DNA of 64,000 bases from an uncultured Eubacteriales bacterium (lineage in GTDB: Bacteria > Acidobacteriota > Aminicenantia > Aminicenantales > Aminicenantaceae), in contig CAYULB010000002.1 of NCBI GenBank assembly GCA_964445575.1, forward strand, positions 158 through 64,157, given 5' to 3'. The stretch's first letter is position 1. Each line of letters begins with the position of its first letter. The notes under the pieces were generated by a model, which was not told the origin of the DNA, searched no databases, and worked only from the letters and a program-made list of their open reading frames with translations. The position numbers and the translations under genes were made by a program. Positions 29,457 to 38,507 of this stretch are shown here, in pieces.

Positions 29457-30035
29457 ATGAAAGACAATCAGAGAATCTGTTATGTTTTTGAAAAACCAGG
29501 GAAAGAGAACACCCAGAAGACCCTAGAAATCGCTGCTCAAAAAGCAGAAGAACTCAACATCGAAAACATCATCATTGCCTCTTCCTCTGGACAGACAGGT
29601 CTAATGGCCGCTCCTTATTTCAAGAACAGAAATCTAGTGGTAGTCACTCATTCCACTGGATTCCTAAAACCCGGTCACCAGGAACTCAAAAAAGAACAGA
29701 AAATAAAGCTGGAGAAAGCCGGGGCAAAAATTTTAACGTGTCAGCATGCCCTGGGAGGAGTGGGAAGAGCTGTGAGAAAAAAGCTGGGAACCTATCAATT
29801 GGAGGAAATCATCGCCTATACCTTAAGGATTTTTGGCGAAGGAACCAAGGTAGCCGTTGAAATAGCTCTCATGACCGCTGATGCTGGTCTTGTCCTTCCC
29901 TTTAATGAATGCATCTCCATTGGAGGTACCGGACAGGGAGCAGACACAGCAGTGCTTTTAAGGCCAGTACATGCCCAGAACTTTTTTGATATGAAGGTCA
30001 TAGAGATTTTTGCCAAACCCAGCCTCATAAGCTGA
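29457..30035 (+). CDS. Pyruvate kinase alpha/beta (C-terminal) domain-like protein
   Basis: 192 aa, AGGAGG RBS. The pattern ...KENTQKTLEIAAQKAEELNIENIIIASSSGQTG...VVVTHSTGF resembles stand-alone PK_C-like proteins. Memory-based. Confidence 0.45.
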   Translation: MKDNQRICYVFEKPGKENTQKTLEIAAQKAEELNIENIIIASSSGQTGLMAAPYFKNRNLVVVTHSTGFLKPGHQELKKEQKIKLEKAGAKILTCQHALGGVGRAVRKKLGTYQLEEIIAYTLRIFGEGTKVAVEIALMTADAGLVLPFNECISIGGTGQGADTAVLLRPVHAQNFFDMKVIEIFAKPSLIS

Positions 30036-30087
30036 AATTCAAAGAAAAATCCTATTATTCAAAATTCAAGAATAATTCTTTATATCC

Positions 30088-31290
30088 TCATGTAAGAGGG
30101 ATGGAATCTGAAGCTTTACTAAGAGCCAATTCCAATTTGTCTATCTCTTCCCCCACCAGCTCAACCAGAGAGGGGCGGCCCCCTCCTTTAACCTTCATGA
30201 GAGAAGAAATCTCAGGGATAAGCGTCCGCATATCTAAATCAATATCTTCAGACCGAGCTAAAACCATATGGCATCTATCCTCTTGGAGAAGACCAAAAAG
30301 GACACAAAATCCTGAATTTTTGATGATATCAAGAGCCAGATAGCGGATCTGCTCCTTGCTTTTTGCTTGAAAGATTTTTTTGATAACAGGACCTTTCGCC
30401 TCCTGAATTATCCTGTCAGCCTCGAACTGATTTAATTTCTCAGATATTTTTCGATTCTTTTTTTTCTGGGCTTTTAAATCCGAAAAAAGTTTTTCCACAG
30501 CCTCTGGAACTTCTTCTTCATGAGACGATAGTTTAACCGCCGCTTCCGTGATTAACCTGTGTTTTTTGTCATAATCCCTAAAAGCCCTTCGCCCACAAAC
30601 AAATGTGAAGCGAAGATTCTGTCTTATCCTTTCCTGCCCTATTATTTTGATCAGACCGATTTCACCCGTGTGGCGAGGGTGGGTGCCCCCACAAGCAGAA
30701 TAATCAAATCCCTCTACTTCAACAATCCGGATCAGCCCATTCTTCTGAGGAGCCTTCCTCAGCGGAACCTCCCCACTCCTTTCTTCAGGTAAAAAATAAG
30801 TCTTGATCTCCCGGTTCTCAAACACGATATTATTAGCCATCTCTTCCAATTTAAGCTGTTTGCTTTCTGAAATATTCTCAATATTGATATCCACTGTAGA
30901 AATGCTTTCTCCTAAATGAAATGAGACTGTTTCTCCGCCCAGCAATTTATAGAAACACTGTGAGAGAACATGCTGACCCGCATGCTGCTGCATGTGATCA
31001 AACCTTCTCCTCCAGTCAATCTTTCCCCTTACCTTTTTAGAAGAGAGTTCTCCTTCCAACACATGTATGATTTCTTGACCTTTTTCAAATACTTCCAGCA
31101 CTTCAACACCATCTATTTCTCCTTTATCTGCTGGCTGACCTCCTGATTCCGGATAAAAACAGCTCTGGTCGAGAACCACCCAATACTGGCCATTCCTTGA
31201 AATCACGCTTTTAACTTCAGCCTCAAACTCTTTCCTGTAGGGATCTTCAAAATAAAGCCTTTTGGTCCTGCTGCCCATTTTATCACTCAT
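30088..31290 (-). CDS. alaX: Alanyl-tRNA editing protein, AlaX-L type (editing domain plus DHHA1-like C-terminus)
   Basis: Zinc motifs QQHAGQHVL (HxxxH) and ACGGTHP (CxxxH) of the Ala/Thr-tRNA synthetase second additional domain. 400 aa. Confidence 0.8.
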   Translation of the reverse strand: MSDKMGSRTKRLYFEDPYRKEFEAEVKSVISRNGQYWVVLDQSCFYPESGGQPADKGEIDGVEVLEVFEKGQEIIHVLEGELSSKKVRGKIDWRRRFDHMQQHAGQHVLSQCFYKLLGGETVSFHLGESISTVDINIENISESKQLKLEEMANNIVFENREIKTYFLPEERSGEVPLRKAPQKNGLIRIVEVEGFDYSACGGTHPRHTGEIGLIKIIGQERIRQNLRFTFVCGRRAFRDYDKKHRLITEAAVKLSSHEEEVPEAVEKLFSDLKAQKKKNRKISEKLNQFEADRIIQEAKGPVIKKIFQAKSKEQIRYLALDIIKNSGFCVLFGLLQEDRCHMVLARSEDIDLDMRTLIPEISSLMKVKGGGRPSLVELVGEEIDKLELALSKASDSIPLT

Positions 31291-31967
31291 TAGGTTTCAT
31301 CCACATTGACCGCATCCAAAATTCTCTGGGTCAGTTTAAAATGACTTTTAGCCACTTTTTTTAAAACATCAGCGCCGTAAAGTCTAACCAGTTCCACTCC
31401 CGCCTGCTCAGACCTGGGAGAAGAACCTTTGGGAAGCTCGACCTTAAATTCACTTGACAACAAATACAGCCTTCTCAAAAACTCGCTTCTTGCCAGTATA
31501 GAGGCTGCAGCCACAGCCATATCTTCCTCTGCCTTTGTCTTCTGCTCCAGTTCAATGTTTCTCCCTTTTTTCATCAATGCATTGAGGACAAATCTTTGAT
31601 CTCCAAACTGATCAGTGACGGCAAGAGTGCAGGGAACTTTTTCCAGGATATTCTCAATAACTCGGGAATGAGCCCAGGCAAGAATACGGTTGAGATTTCT
31701 TAGCTTTAAATAAAGTTCATTGTACCGTTCCGGTCCAATGGTGACGATGGAGTGAGTGTATCCGTCTCTAATCTGCTTGGATAATTCTCTGGTTCGATTA
31801 TCAGAGACCCTTTTGCTGTCTTTCACTCCCAGTTCCGTAAGAACTTTTTCCTGTCCTTCTGGCAGAAAAACCCCGGCCGCAACCAGCGGGCCAAAATAAT
31901 CGCCTTTTCCAGACTCATCAGTCCCGATATGCCCTCTTTCAGACTCAAACAGACTCGATTGCCTCAT
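31290..31967 (-). CDS. rnhC: Type 2 ribonuclease H with an RNase HIII-type active-site motif, no N-terminal domain
   Basis: GTDESGKGDYFGPLVAAGV begins only ~15 aa from the start. Start taken at ATG 31967 (RBS AAGGA); the ORF-track TTG is at 31970. 1-nt TAATG overlap with alaX. Confidence 0.7.
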   Translation of the reverse strand: MRQSSLFESERGHIGTDESGKGDYFGPLVAAGVFLPEGQEKVLTELGVKDSKRVSDNRTRELSKQIRDGYTHSIVTIGPERYNELYLKLRNLNRILAWAHSRVIENILEKVPCTLAVTDQFGDQRFVLNALMKKGRNIELEQKTKAEEDMAVAAASILARSEFLRRLYLLSSEFKVELPKGSSPRSEQAGVELVRLYGADVLKKVAKSHFKLTQRILDAVNVDET

Positions 31968-32018
31968 CAAGCTTATCCTTGGTTCATGAATGACCCAGGT
32001 TATTGATTTCTATTTTAA

Positions 32019-32272
32019 CCTGACCTATTCATAAAAAAATGGCGATATTTTCATTATCGCTCTATTTTCAGCAATGTACAAGAATTTTTCAAGAACAATG
32101 TCTTAAACATTTTTCCTGTTTGAATTTTTTATTTTAATCGCCATTTTTTTACCATTAAGGCGAGCCGATCTCACGGCATCTGCTTCGTTGCAGGGCATTC
32201 GCAGTGAAAGACCACGACTTCATGCCCTGGCGCCTCGCATCTGCCGCAATTTCGACTCGTGAATAATTCAGG
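32019..32272 (-). repeat. Full-length copy 1 of a MITE-like intergenic repeat (sense orientation on the minus strand)
   Basis: Reverse complement aligns over its whole length with 59432..59689, roughly 80-85% identity by eye. Ends CCTGACCTATTCAT / GTGAATAATTCAGG. TTAA at 32015..32018 and 32273..32276. Confidence 0.8.
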
Positions 32273-33566
32273 TTAATAAATTTCTACTTTTTGCTTCTTT
32301 AATCAAATCATCCCTGAATTTGGGATGAGCGATTTCAATCAGAGATTTAGTTCTCTCATGTAAGTTTTTTCCATGAAGGTAGGCGACTCCGTACTCAGTG
32401 ACCACATACTCCACATCAGCTCTGGTTGTCACCACCCCAGAGCCTTTTTTAAGATAAGGAACAATCCGGGAAAACTCTTCCTTTTTAGCGGTAGAAGGAA
32501 GGGCGATGATGGGTTTTCCTTTTTTAGAGTGGGCTGCTCCCCGAATAAAATCAACCTGTCCTCCAAAACCACTGTAAATGTACTTTCCGATTGAATCAGA
32601 ACACACTTGTCCTGTAATATCGACTTCAATAGCTGAATTGATGGCCACCATTTGGTCATTTCTAGATATGATAAAAGGATCATTGGTGTAATCTGTGGGA
32701 TGGGCTTCAAAAACAGGATTGTTATTGGCAAATTCATACAGTTTTTTCGATCCAAGAATAAACGTTAAAATGATCTTATTGGGATGATAGGTCTTTTTTG
32801 CCCCTGTGATGACTCCGGATTCTATGGCTTCCATGACTCCATCTGAAACCATCTCTGTATGACTTCCCAGGTCTCCCCGGTTCTTTAAAGCTGAAAGAAC
32901 CGCGTCTGGTATCCCGCCAATTCCCAACTGCAGAGTGGACCCATCCTCAATCAAATCTCCAATATACGCCCCGATCTTCCTTTCCACTTCACTAAACGGT
33001 TTTTTCTGAAGCTCTGGGAGAGGTTCGGAAACTTCCACAATCTTATCTATTTTAGACACGTGGATAAAAGAATCCCCTAGAACCCGAGGCATCTGGTCAT
33101 TTACCTGTGCTATCACCACATCTGCAGTCTCGGCTGCGGACTTGGAACAAAGGACTTCCACTCCATAACTCATAAAACCGTGTTCATCAGGGGGAGACAG
33201 ATGAAGCAGAGCCACGTCAATGGGCATCTGTCTGGAATAAAACAATTCAGGTATCTGATGAAGAAATATAGGAATATAATCCGCTCTCCCATCATTAATG
33301 GCTTTTCTGTCGGCAGGACCCACAAATAAAGAGTTGTGTCTGAAATGCCCTTCCATTTCAGGCTTAGAAAAAGGGTCATCTCCCAATAAAAGGACATGCA
33401 CCAATTCAACAGTTTTCAATTCATCCTTTCTTTCCGCCAGAGCATTCGCCAGTACATAGGGAGTGGCTGCGTTTCCACTAATATAGACTCTTTGCTTGCT
33501 CTTAATTTCTGAAACAGCTTCTTCCGCACTTACCAGCTTTTTTTTGTACTCATCAACCCAGCTCAT
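32268..33566 (-). CDS. Acetyl-CoA hydrolase/transferase family protein (4-hydroxybutyrate / short-chain acyl-CoA:acetate CoA-transferase-like)
   Basis: ~430 aa. Family-typical SGNAATP, LQLGIGGIPDAV and GFGGQVDFIRGA. Start set at ATG 33566 (GGAGG 6 nt upstream); the ORF track gives 33572. Confidence 0.85.
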   Translation of the reverse strand: MSWVDEYKKKLVSAEEAVSEIKSKQRVYISGNAATPYVLANALAERKDELKTVELVHVLLLGDDPFSKPEMEGHFRHNSLFVGPADRKAINDGRADYIPIFLHQIPELFYSRQMPIDVALLHLSPPDEHGFMSYGVEVLCSKSAAETADVVIAQVNDQMPRVLGDSFIHVSKIDKIVEVSEPLPELQKKPFSEVERKIGAYIGDLIEDGSTLQLGIGGIPDAVLSALKNRGDLGSHTEMVSDGVMEAIESGVITGAKKTYHPNKIILTFILGSKKLYEFANNNPVFEAHPTDYTNDPFIISRNDQMVAINSAIEVDITGQVCSDSIGKYIYSGFGGQVDFIRGAAHSKKGKPIIALPSTAKKEEFSRIVPYLKKGSGVVTTRADVEYVVTEYGVAYLHGKNLHERTKSLIEIAHPKFRDDLIKEAKSRNLLT

Positions 33567-33633
33567 TAACATCCTCCATGATTAACAGAATCATATATGA
33601 ACAAAATTATTTTGACAAGATAAGAAACCAAGT

Positions 33634-35130
33634 TCAAGAAGAAAGATACTTGTGGATTTCTCCAGCTGCTACTCGAGCATCCCCCATTGCTAAAATCACA
33701 GTAGCTCCACCCCGGACAATATCTCCTCCAGCATACACTCCTTCTAAACTGGTAGCCATGGTTTCCCAGTCCACCTCTACATTTCCCCATTTCCCGATTT
33801 TAAGTCCTGGAGTGACTTTCCCTATCAATGGATTAGGGCTGTTCCCTATGGACACGACCACCAAATCCACTTCCATTATAAATTCAGACCCTTTAATAGG
33901 AATAGGTCTCCGCCTGCCCGAAGAATCCGGTTCACCCAGCTCCATCTTTATGCATTCCATAGCTTTAACCCTGTTGTTTTCATCACTGATATAACGGACG
34001 GGATTGGTAAGGAAATGAAACTTTATTCCTTCTTCTTCTGCATGATGGACCTCTTCCACTCGTGCTGGCATCTCTTTTCTGGAACGGCGGTAAACAATGG
34101 TAGCTTCTTCTGCACCCAAGCGTTTGGCTGTTCTTACAGAATCCATGGCGACATTTCCCCCACCCAGAACAACCGCTCTTTTACCTAAAAAGACAGGAGT
34201 ATCATACTCAGGAAACTGATTGGCCCTCATTAAATTAACCCGGGTCAAGTATTCATTTGCTGAATAAATGCCTATTAAATTTTCCCCGGGTAAACCCATA
34301 AAGTTGGGAAGCCCGGCACCTGTTCCTATATAAAAAGCATGGTATCCTTGCTTTTTTAACTCCTTTATGGTCATGGTCATACCAACCACAAAATTCATCT
34401 TGAACTCAACTCCTAATTTTTGGAGATAATCGACTTCTGCATCCAGGATGAAATTGGGCAGTCTGAACTCAGGAATCCCATAAGCCAGCACTCCACCCGG
34501 AACATGAAGGGCTTCAAAAACAGTAACCTTATGCCCTTTCTTTGCCAGTTCCCCTGCAACGGTCAATCCTCCCGGACCTGAACCGATCACTGCTACCTTA
34601 CGCCCGGTAGAAGGAGATATCCTTGGAATATGGACTTTTCCTTCTTCTCTTTCATAATCCGATGCAAACCTTTCCAGATTCCCTATGGCTACAGGACTTC
34701 CGGTTGCTTTTTTCAGATTGCACAATTCTTCACACTGGATTTCCTGGGGGCATACTCTTCCGCACACAGCGGGAAGACTGTTTGTTTCTTTTAACTTCTG
34801 CGCACTTTCCAGAAATTTTTTCTTTTCAATCAATTTGACAAAAGAGGGAATATCAATTCCTACCGGACATCCCTTGATACACTGGGGATTGGCACAATCC
34901 AAACATCTCATGGCTTCTCTGACTGCTGCCTCTTCATTCAGCCCCTGATTGACTTCTTTGAAATCTTGATTGCGTTCTTCTGATCCTCTTTCCGGCATAA
35001 CCTGCCTGGAGATCTTCATACGCTCTTTAGCAGAAATAGATTTTCGCAGTTCCTTGCGCCATTCCTCATTAAAAGTCTTTTTAAGTTCTTCTTTGAGTTC
35101 TGGAGAAAGTTTTTTCTTGTCTTCTCCCAT
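33634..35130 (-). CDS. GltD-like NAD(P)H-dependent oxidoreductase, NfnB/SudA type
   Basis: Two [4Fe-4S]-type Cys motifs (CLDCANPQCIKGCP, CGRVCPQEIQCEELC). Dinucleotide folds VAVIGSGPGGL and VVLGGGNVAMD. Confidence 0.85.
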   Translation of the reverse strand: MGEDKKKLSPELKEELKKTFNEEWRKELRKSISAKERMKISRQVMPERGSEERNQDFKEVNQGLNEEAAVREAMRCLDCANPQCIKGCPVGIDIPSFVKLIEKKKFLESAQKLKETNSLPAVCGRVCPQEIQCEELCNLKKATGSPVAIGNLERFASDYEREEGKVHIPRISPSTGRKVAVIGSGPGGLTVAGELAKKGHKVTVFEALHVPGGVLAYGIPEFRLPNFILDAEVDYLQKLGVEFKMNFVVGMTMTIKELKKQGYHAFYIGTGAGLPNFMGLPGENLIGIYSANEYLTRVNLMRANQFPEYDTPVFLGKRAVVLGGGNVAMDSVRTAKRLGAEEATIVYRRSRKEMPARVEEVHHAEEEGIKFHFLTNPVRYISDENNRVKAMECIKMELGEPDSSGRRRPIPIKGSEFIMEVDLVVVSIGNSPNPLIGKVTPGLKIGKWGNVEVDWETMATSLEGVYAGGDIVRGGATVILAMGDARVAAGEIHKYLSS

Positions 35131-35148
35131 CTTATCAGTTTTCCTTAA

Positions 35149-35985
35149 TCATTTTCTCGGTTTCTTTTTCCTTTCCCAATAACACAGGGAACGAATCTCA
35201 TCATCAAAATAGGACTTCCTTCGATAAAAAAGTTCATTCCAATCCACCTGATGCCCATCAAACTCAGGACCATCCACACAGGCAAATTTGGTGTCTTCTC
35301 CCACTTTTAAACGACAGGCACCGCACATTCCGGTCCCGTCTACCATAATGGGATTCAAATTCACGTATGTATTTATCTCAAACGGCTTAGTTGCTTCAGA
35401 ACATGTATACATGAGATAAGTGCAACCAATGGATACAACTCTGTCAATCTTGTTTTCCTTTAAAACATCTTTGAGAACTTTGGGAATATAATCCCTGCAG
35501 TCGTAAAATCCATCCCGGGCTGATACAAAATACTGATCACTGATTTCTTTAAATCGCTCTTCCCAGTAGATAAGGTATTTTGCCTTGGCATCGATAAGGG
35601 TTATCACTTTGTTTCCGGCTTGTTTCAGGGCTCTGGCTATGGGATAAATGGCTCCAATCCCATAGCAGCCCGCTGCACAAAGAACAGTCCCGAATCGGCC
35701 GATTTCTGCAGGCTTTCCCAGGGGCCCCACACAAACAGAAATCTCATCACCGGTTTTAAGCCGGGTAAGTTTCTGGGTGGAGGTCCCCACTGCCATGAAC
35801 ACACAGGTTATAGAACCTTGTTCCTTATCCCAATCAGCCAAGGACAAAGGTATCCTTTCCCCTTTTTCATCTGGCATGAGGATAACAAACTGACCAGGTT
35901 TGCATTTTTTAACTATATCCGGAGCTGATATTTCTATCATATGAATATTGGGCACCAGTCTTTTTCTATTTAAAATTTTAACCAT
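35149..35985 (-). CDS. Ferredoxin-NADP reductase-like small subunit, NfnA/SudB type
   Basis: PyrK-like FAD/NAD fold and C-terminal [2Fe-2S] motif CGACRLKVGEDTKFACVDGP. Start reassigned to MVKILNRK (ATG 35985), giving a 1-nt TAATG overlap with the upstream gene. Confidence 0.8.
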   Translation of the reverse strand: MVKILNRKRLVPNIHMIEISAPDIVKKCKPGQFVILMPDEKGERIPLSLADWDKEQGSITCVFMAVGTSTQKLTRLKTGDEISVCVGPLGKPAEIGRFGTVLCAAGCYGIGAIYPIARALKQAGNKVITLIDAKAKYLIYWEERFKEISDQYFVSARDGFYDCRDYIPKVLKDVLKENKIDRVVSIGCTYLMYTCSEATKPFEINTYVNLNPIMVDGTGMCGACRLKVGEDTKFACVDGPEFDGHQVDWNELFYRRKSYFDDEIRSLCYWERKKKPRK

Positions 35986-38507
35986 TACTTTCCTCTTAGT
36001 ATCCTTACCGGAGCCAAATCCCAATCAGCCGTATCTTTCTCCCCATAAGCCATGTAATAGGCTGTGGTCATTCCTTCCGGGACAGACTCTGAAATGTGAA
36101 TGATCCCTTTAAACTTTCCTTTTTTTGACTCTAAAACCACAGAATCCCCTTCTTTCAAATCATATTTTTTGGCATCCTTTTTGTTCACTTTAATCCCGTT
36201 GCTATTCCGGAACATTACAAATTCAGGAATTTCCTCACTCAACAGACAGCTTCGGTAGTAATCAAGAGTGTTCTCCATAATTAACCGTAAGGGATATTTT
36301 TGAGTCAACTTTTCCGCTCCGCTTTCAGGCCTCAGGGGTATTAATTTTTTCTTGATTTCAGAGCTTTCTTTTAGAAAAACTCCTTTTTTCCTCCGCCTTA
36401 TTTTTTCTACATCTTTAAAAGCAGGCAATCTCTGGCTCATTTCTTTTCGAATCTCTTTTTCTCCAGCGTAATTAAAATCCTTTGAGCCCATTTTCTGGGC
36501 TATTTCTGATATGATTTCCCAATCCGGTTTTGCTTCTTTCTTCTTATCCAGAGGATTTTCACTGCTCTGAATCCTTCCCTCTGTATTGACAATGGTTCCA
36601 TCTGTCTCGAATAAAACAGCAGAGGGAAGTACCAGGTCAGCCCTATCCATGCTGACTCCCTTAAAGCTGTCCTGAACGATTAAAAGCTCAGGGTGTATAT
36701 CTTTGGGAAGTTCTAAAGAAACTGTGGTGTATACTGCTTTATAAGCCCCTTTTTGGACTTCTTTTATAATGTCTCTAAGGCTCTCTGTTTTCTTTAAGAA
36801 ATGTTCATTTAGGGAATGCCACCCTTTCTGGTTTCCTTCAGAACTGAGAGGGAATACTCGAGCCCTGGTAAGAAGTGCCAGGTTTAAAAGAGCTTCCGTG
36901 CAAGCTTTTCCTCTTTGAGGTGAAGCAAATCGGGGACCAAAGATAAAACCTGGTTTGTTCTTGGCTGCAATGAGATTGATGACTTTCTCAGCTTCATCAA
37001 TGCTGATTCCTGTTTTTCGTTCCAACTTATCCAATGAAATCAATCCCAACGATTTTTTAAACTCCTTAAAACCGGGTAGGGAAGAAAATTCTTTATCCCC
37101 TTTCATATCAAGGAGTATTTTTGAAAGACAGGCCAGAAAATAGGACTCCTCACCCGGCTTTATTCTCAGTTTTTTTGAAGCATATCTATCTACAGATTTT
37201 TCCAGGTTTCCGGCTTTGATGAAATCCGCTCCTTTGGTCAAAGCTTTTAAAATCCTTACCCAAACAAGGGGATTGGTCTCAATGATATTCTCTCCCATCA
37301 AAAACAAAACATCCAGGTCAGATAGGTCATCCAGTTTGAATTCAACAGGAACTGAGATTTTATGCTCCCTGCTTATAGCAGAGATGAGAGAAAGAGAATC
37401 TCCTGGAGAATGACGATTGATGTTTCTTGTTTTAAGCACTTTTTCGGCAAATTGATTCAATACAAATATATCCTCGCACGATAATTGCGGAGATGTAAGC
37501 ACTGCGATTTGATCTGGTTTGTATTTATTCAGTCTTTTTGAGGCATAATCAATCGCTTCATCCCAGGCAACTTCTTCTAAATGATTGTTTTTCCTTACTA
37601 AGGGCTTTTCAATCCTGTTTTCACTCTGCAGTACATCTCTCAGCGCAAAGCGTCCCCTTACACAGGCCTGTCCCGCATTGACAGGGCTTTCCTTGAACAC
37701 ATCCACGTTTAATAATTTGTTTTCATGGAAATTAAAAATAACAGAACATCCTGTGCTGCACAGCGGACAAACCGTTTTTTTATTCTTGTCAGGAGGACTC
37801 TCATATTTAACAGCTTTCTCTGTGAGGGCTCCTGTGGGACAAACATCAACGCAAGCTCCGCAGAATTGACATCCTGAATCAAGCAGAGGCTTTTCCAAGT
37901 TTGTTCCCACTACTGTTCTGGCTCCCCGTCTTATAAAAGAGATGACTGAAAGTCCCCTTACTTCTCGGCAGACTCTCACACACCGTCCGCAGAGTATACA
38001 AAGATTATAATTCCGGTCAAAAAACGGATCGTCTTTTTCAATCTCTAGTTCCCGATAGACTGAGGGAAAGGTTACGGTCTCAAGACCCACTTCCTCAACC
38101 ACTTTCTGAAGTTCACAGCGTCCGTTATTAGGGCAGAGAACACATCCAGTGACTTCATCTACTTTTCTTATGGTTGCTTTATGCTCATCACAGCTTTCTT
38201 TTTCTTCACAGATCAGACAGGCACTGGGATGCTCAGTTAAGATCAATTCCAGGATGTTCTTTCTCAGCTTCTTAATCCCAGGAGTATTTGTTCTGACTTT
38301 CATTCCTTCCTTAACATAAGTACTGCAGGAAGGGACATATCCTTTCATGCCTTCAACTTTGACCAGACACAATCTGCACCCAGAGAAAGGATCGAGCTCC
38401 TTAAAATCACAGAGTGAAGGAATGTAGATTTTATTTTCTTTAGCCAGCTCCAGTATGGTTTTTGTTTCTTTGGTCTCTATTTCTTTTCCATCAATGCTTA
38501 TTTTCAT
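35985..38507 (-). CDS. NuoG/formate-dehydrogenase-alpha-like Fe-S protein with molybdopterin-oxidoreductase fold
   Basis: N-terminal 2Fe-2S ferredoxin fold and a NuoG-type His/Cys cluster region. Two 4Fe-4S motifs (CILCGRCVRVC, CQFCGACVDVCP), MopB N-terminal cluster CPLCSTGCSV, and a C-terminal MopB barrel domain. Confidence 0.75.
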   Translation of the reverse strand: MKISIDGKEIETKETKTILELAKENKIYIPSLCDFKELDPFSGCRLCLVKVEGMKGYVPSCSTYVKEGMKVRTNTPGIKKLRKNILELILTEHPSACLICEEKESCDEHKATIRKVDEVTGCVLCPNNGRCELQKVVEEVGLETVTFPSVYRELEIEKDDPFFDRNYNLCILCGRCVRVCREVRGLSVISFIRRGARTVVGTNLEKPLLDSGCQFCGACVDVCPTGALTEKAVKYESPPDKNKKTVCPLCSTGCSVIFNFHENKLLNVDVFKESPVNAGQACVRGRFALRDVLQSENRIEKPLVRKNNHLEEVAWDEAIDYASKRLNKYKPDQIAVLTSPQLSCEDIFVLNQFAEKVLKTRNINRHSPGDSLSLISAISREHKISVPVEFKLDDLSDLDVLFLMGENIIETNPLVWVRILKALTKGADFIKAGNLEKSVDRYASKKLRIKPGEESYFLACLSKILLDMKGDKEFSSLPGFKEFKKSLGLISLDKLERKTGISIDEAEKVINLIAAKNKPGFIFGPRFASPQRGKACTEALLNLALLTRARVFPLSSEGNQKGWHSLNEHFLKKTESLRDIIKEVQKGAYKAVYTTVSLELPKDIHPELLIVQDSFKGVSMDRADLVLPSAVLFETDGTIVNTEGRIQSSENPLDKKKEAKPDWEIISEIAQKMGSKDFNYAGEKEIRKEMSQRLPAFKDVEKIRRRKKGVFLKESSEIKKKLIPLRPESGAEKLTQKYPLRLIMENTLDYYRSCLLSEEIPEFVMFRNSNGIKVNKKDAKKYDLKEGDSVVLESKKGKFKGIIHISESVPEGMTTAYYMAYGEKDTADWDLAPVRILRGK

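Noticed and set aside
30061-30087. AAGAATAATTCTT palindrome between convergent genes, considered as a bidirectional terminator
   Set aside because: The arms are separated by a single nucleotide, so no viable loop forms. The stem is AT-only and there is no flanking T-tract.
32159-32259. GC-rich island considered as a tRNA, tmRNA or other known small RNA gene, or as a CRISPR-like repeat because GCAGATGC occurs twice
   Set aside because: It has no cloverleaf, no T-loop GTTCRANYC and no acceptor or CCA features. The GCAGATGC duplication is simply the two strands of a quasi-palindromic helix, with no regularly spaced repeat-spacer array.
35985-38507. Selenocysteine recoding (in-frame TGA plus SECIS) in the formate-dehydrogenase-like gene
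   Set aside because: The ORF is uninterrupted across the region that aligns with the Sec/Cys site, and no in-frame TGA is present.
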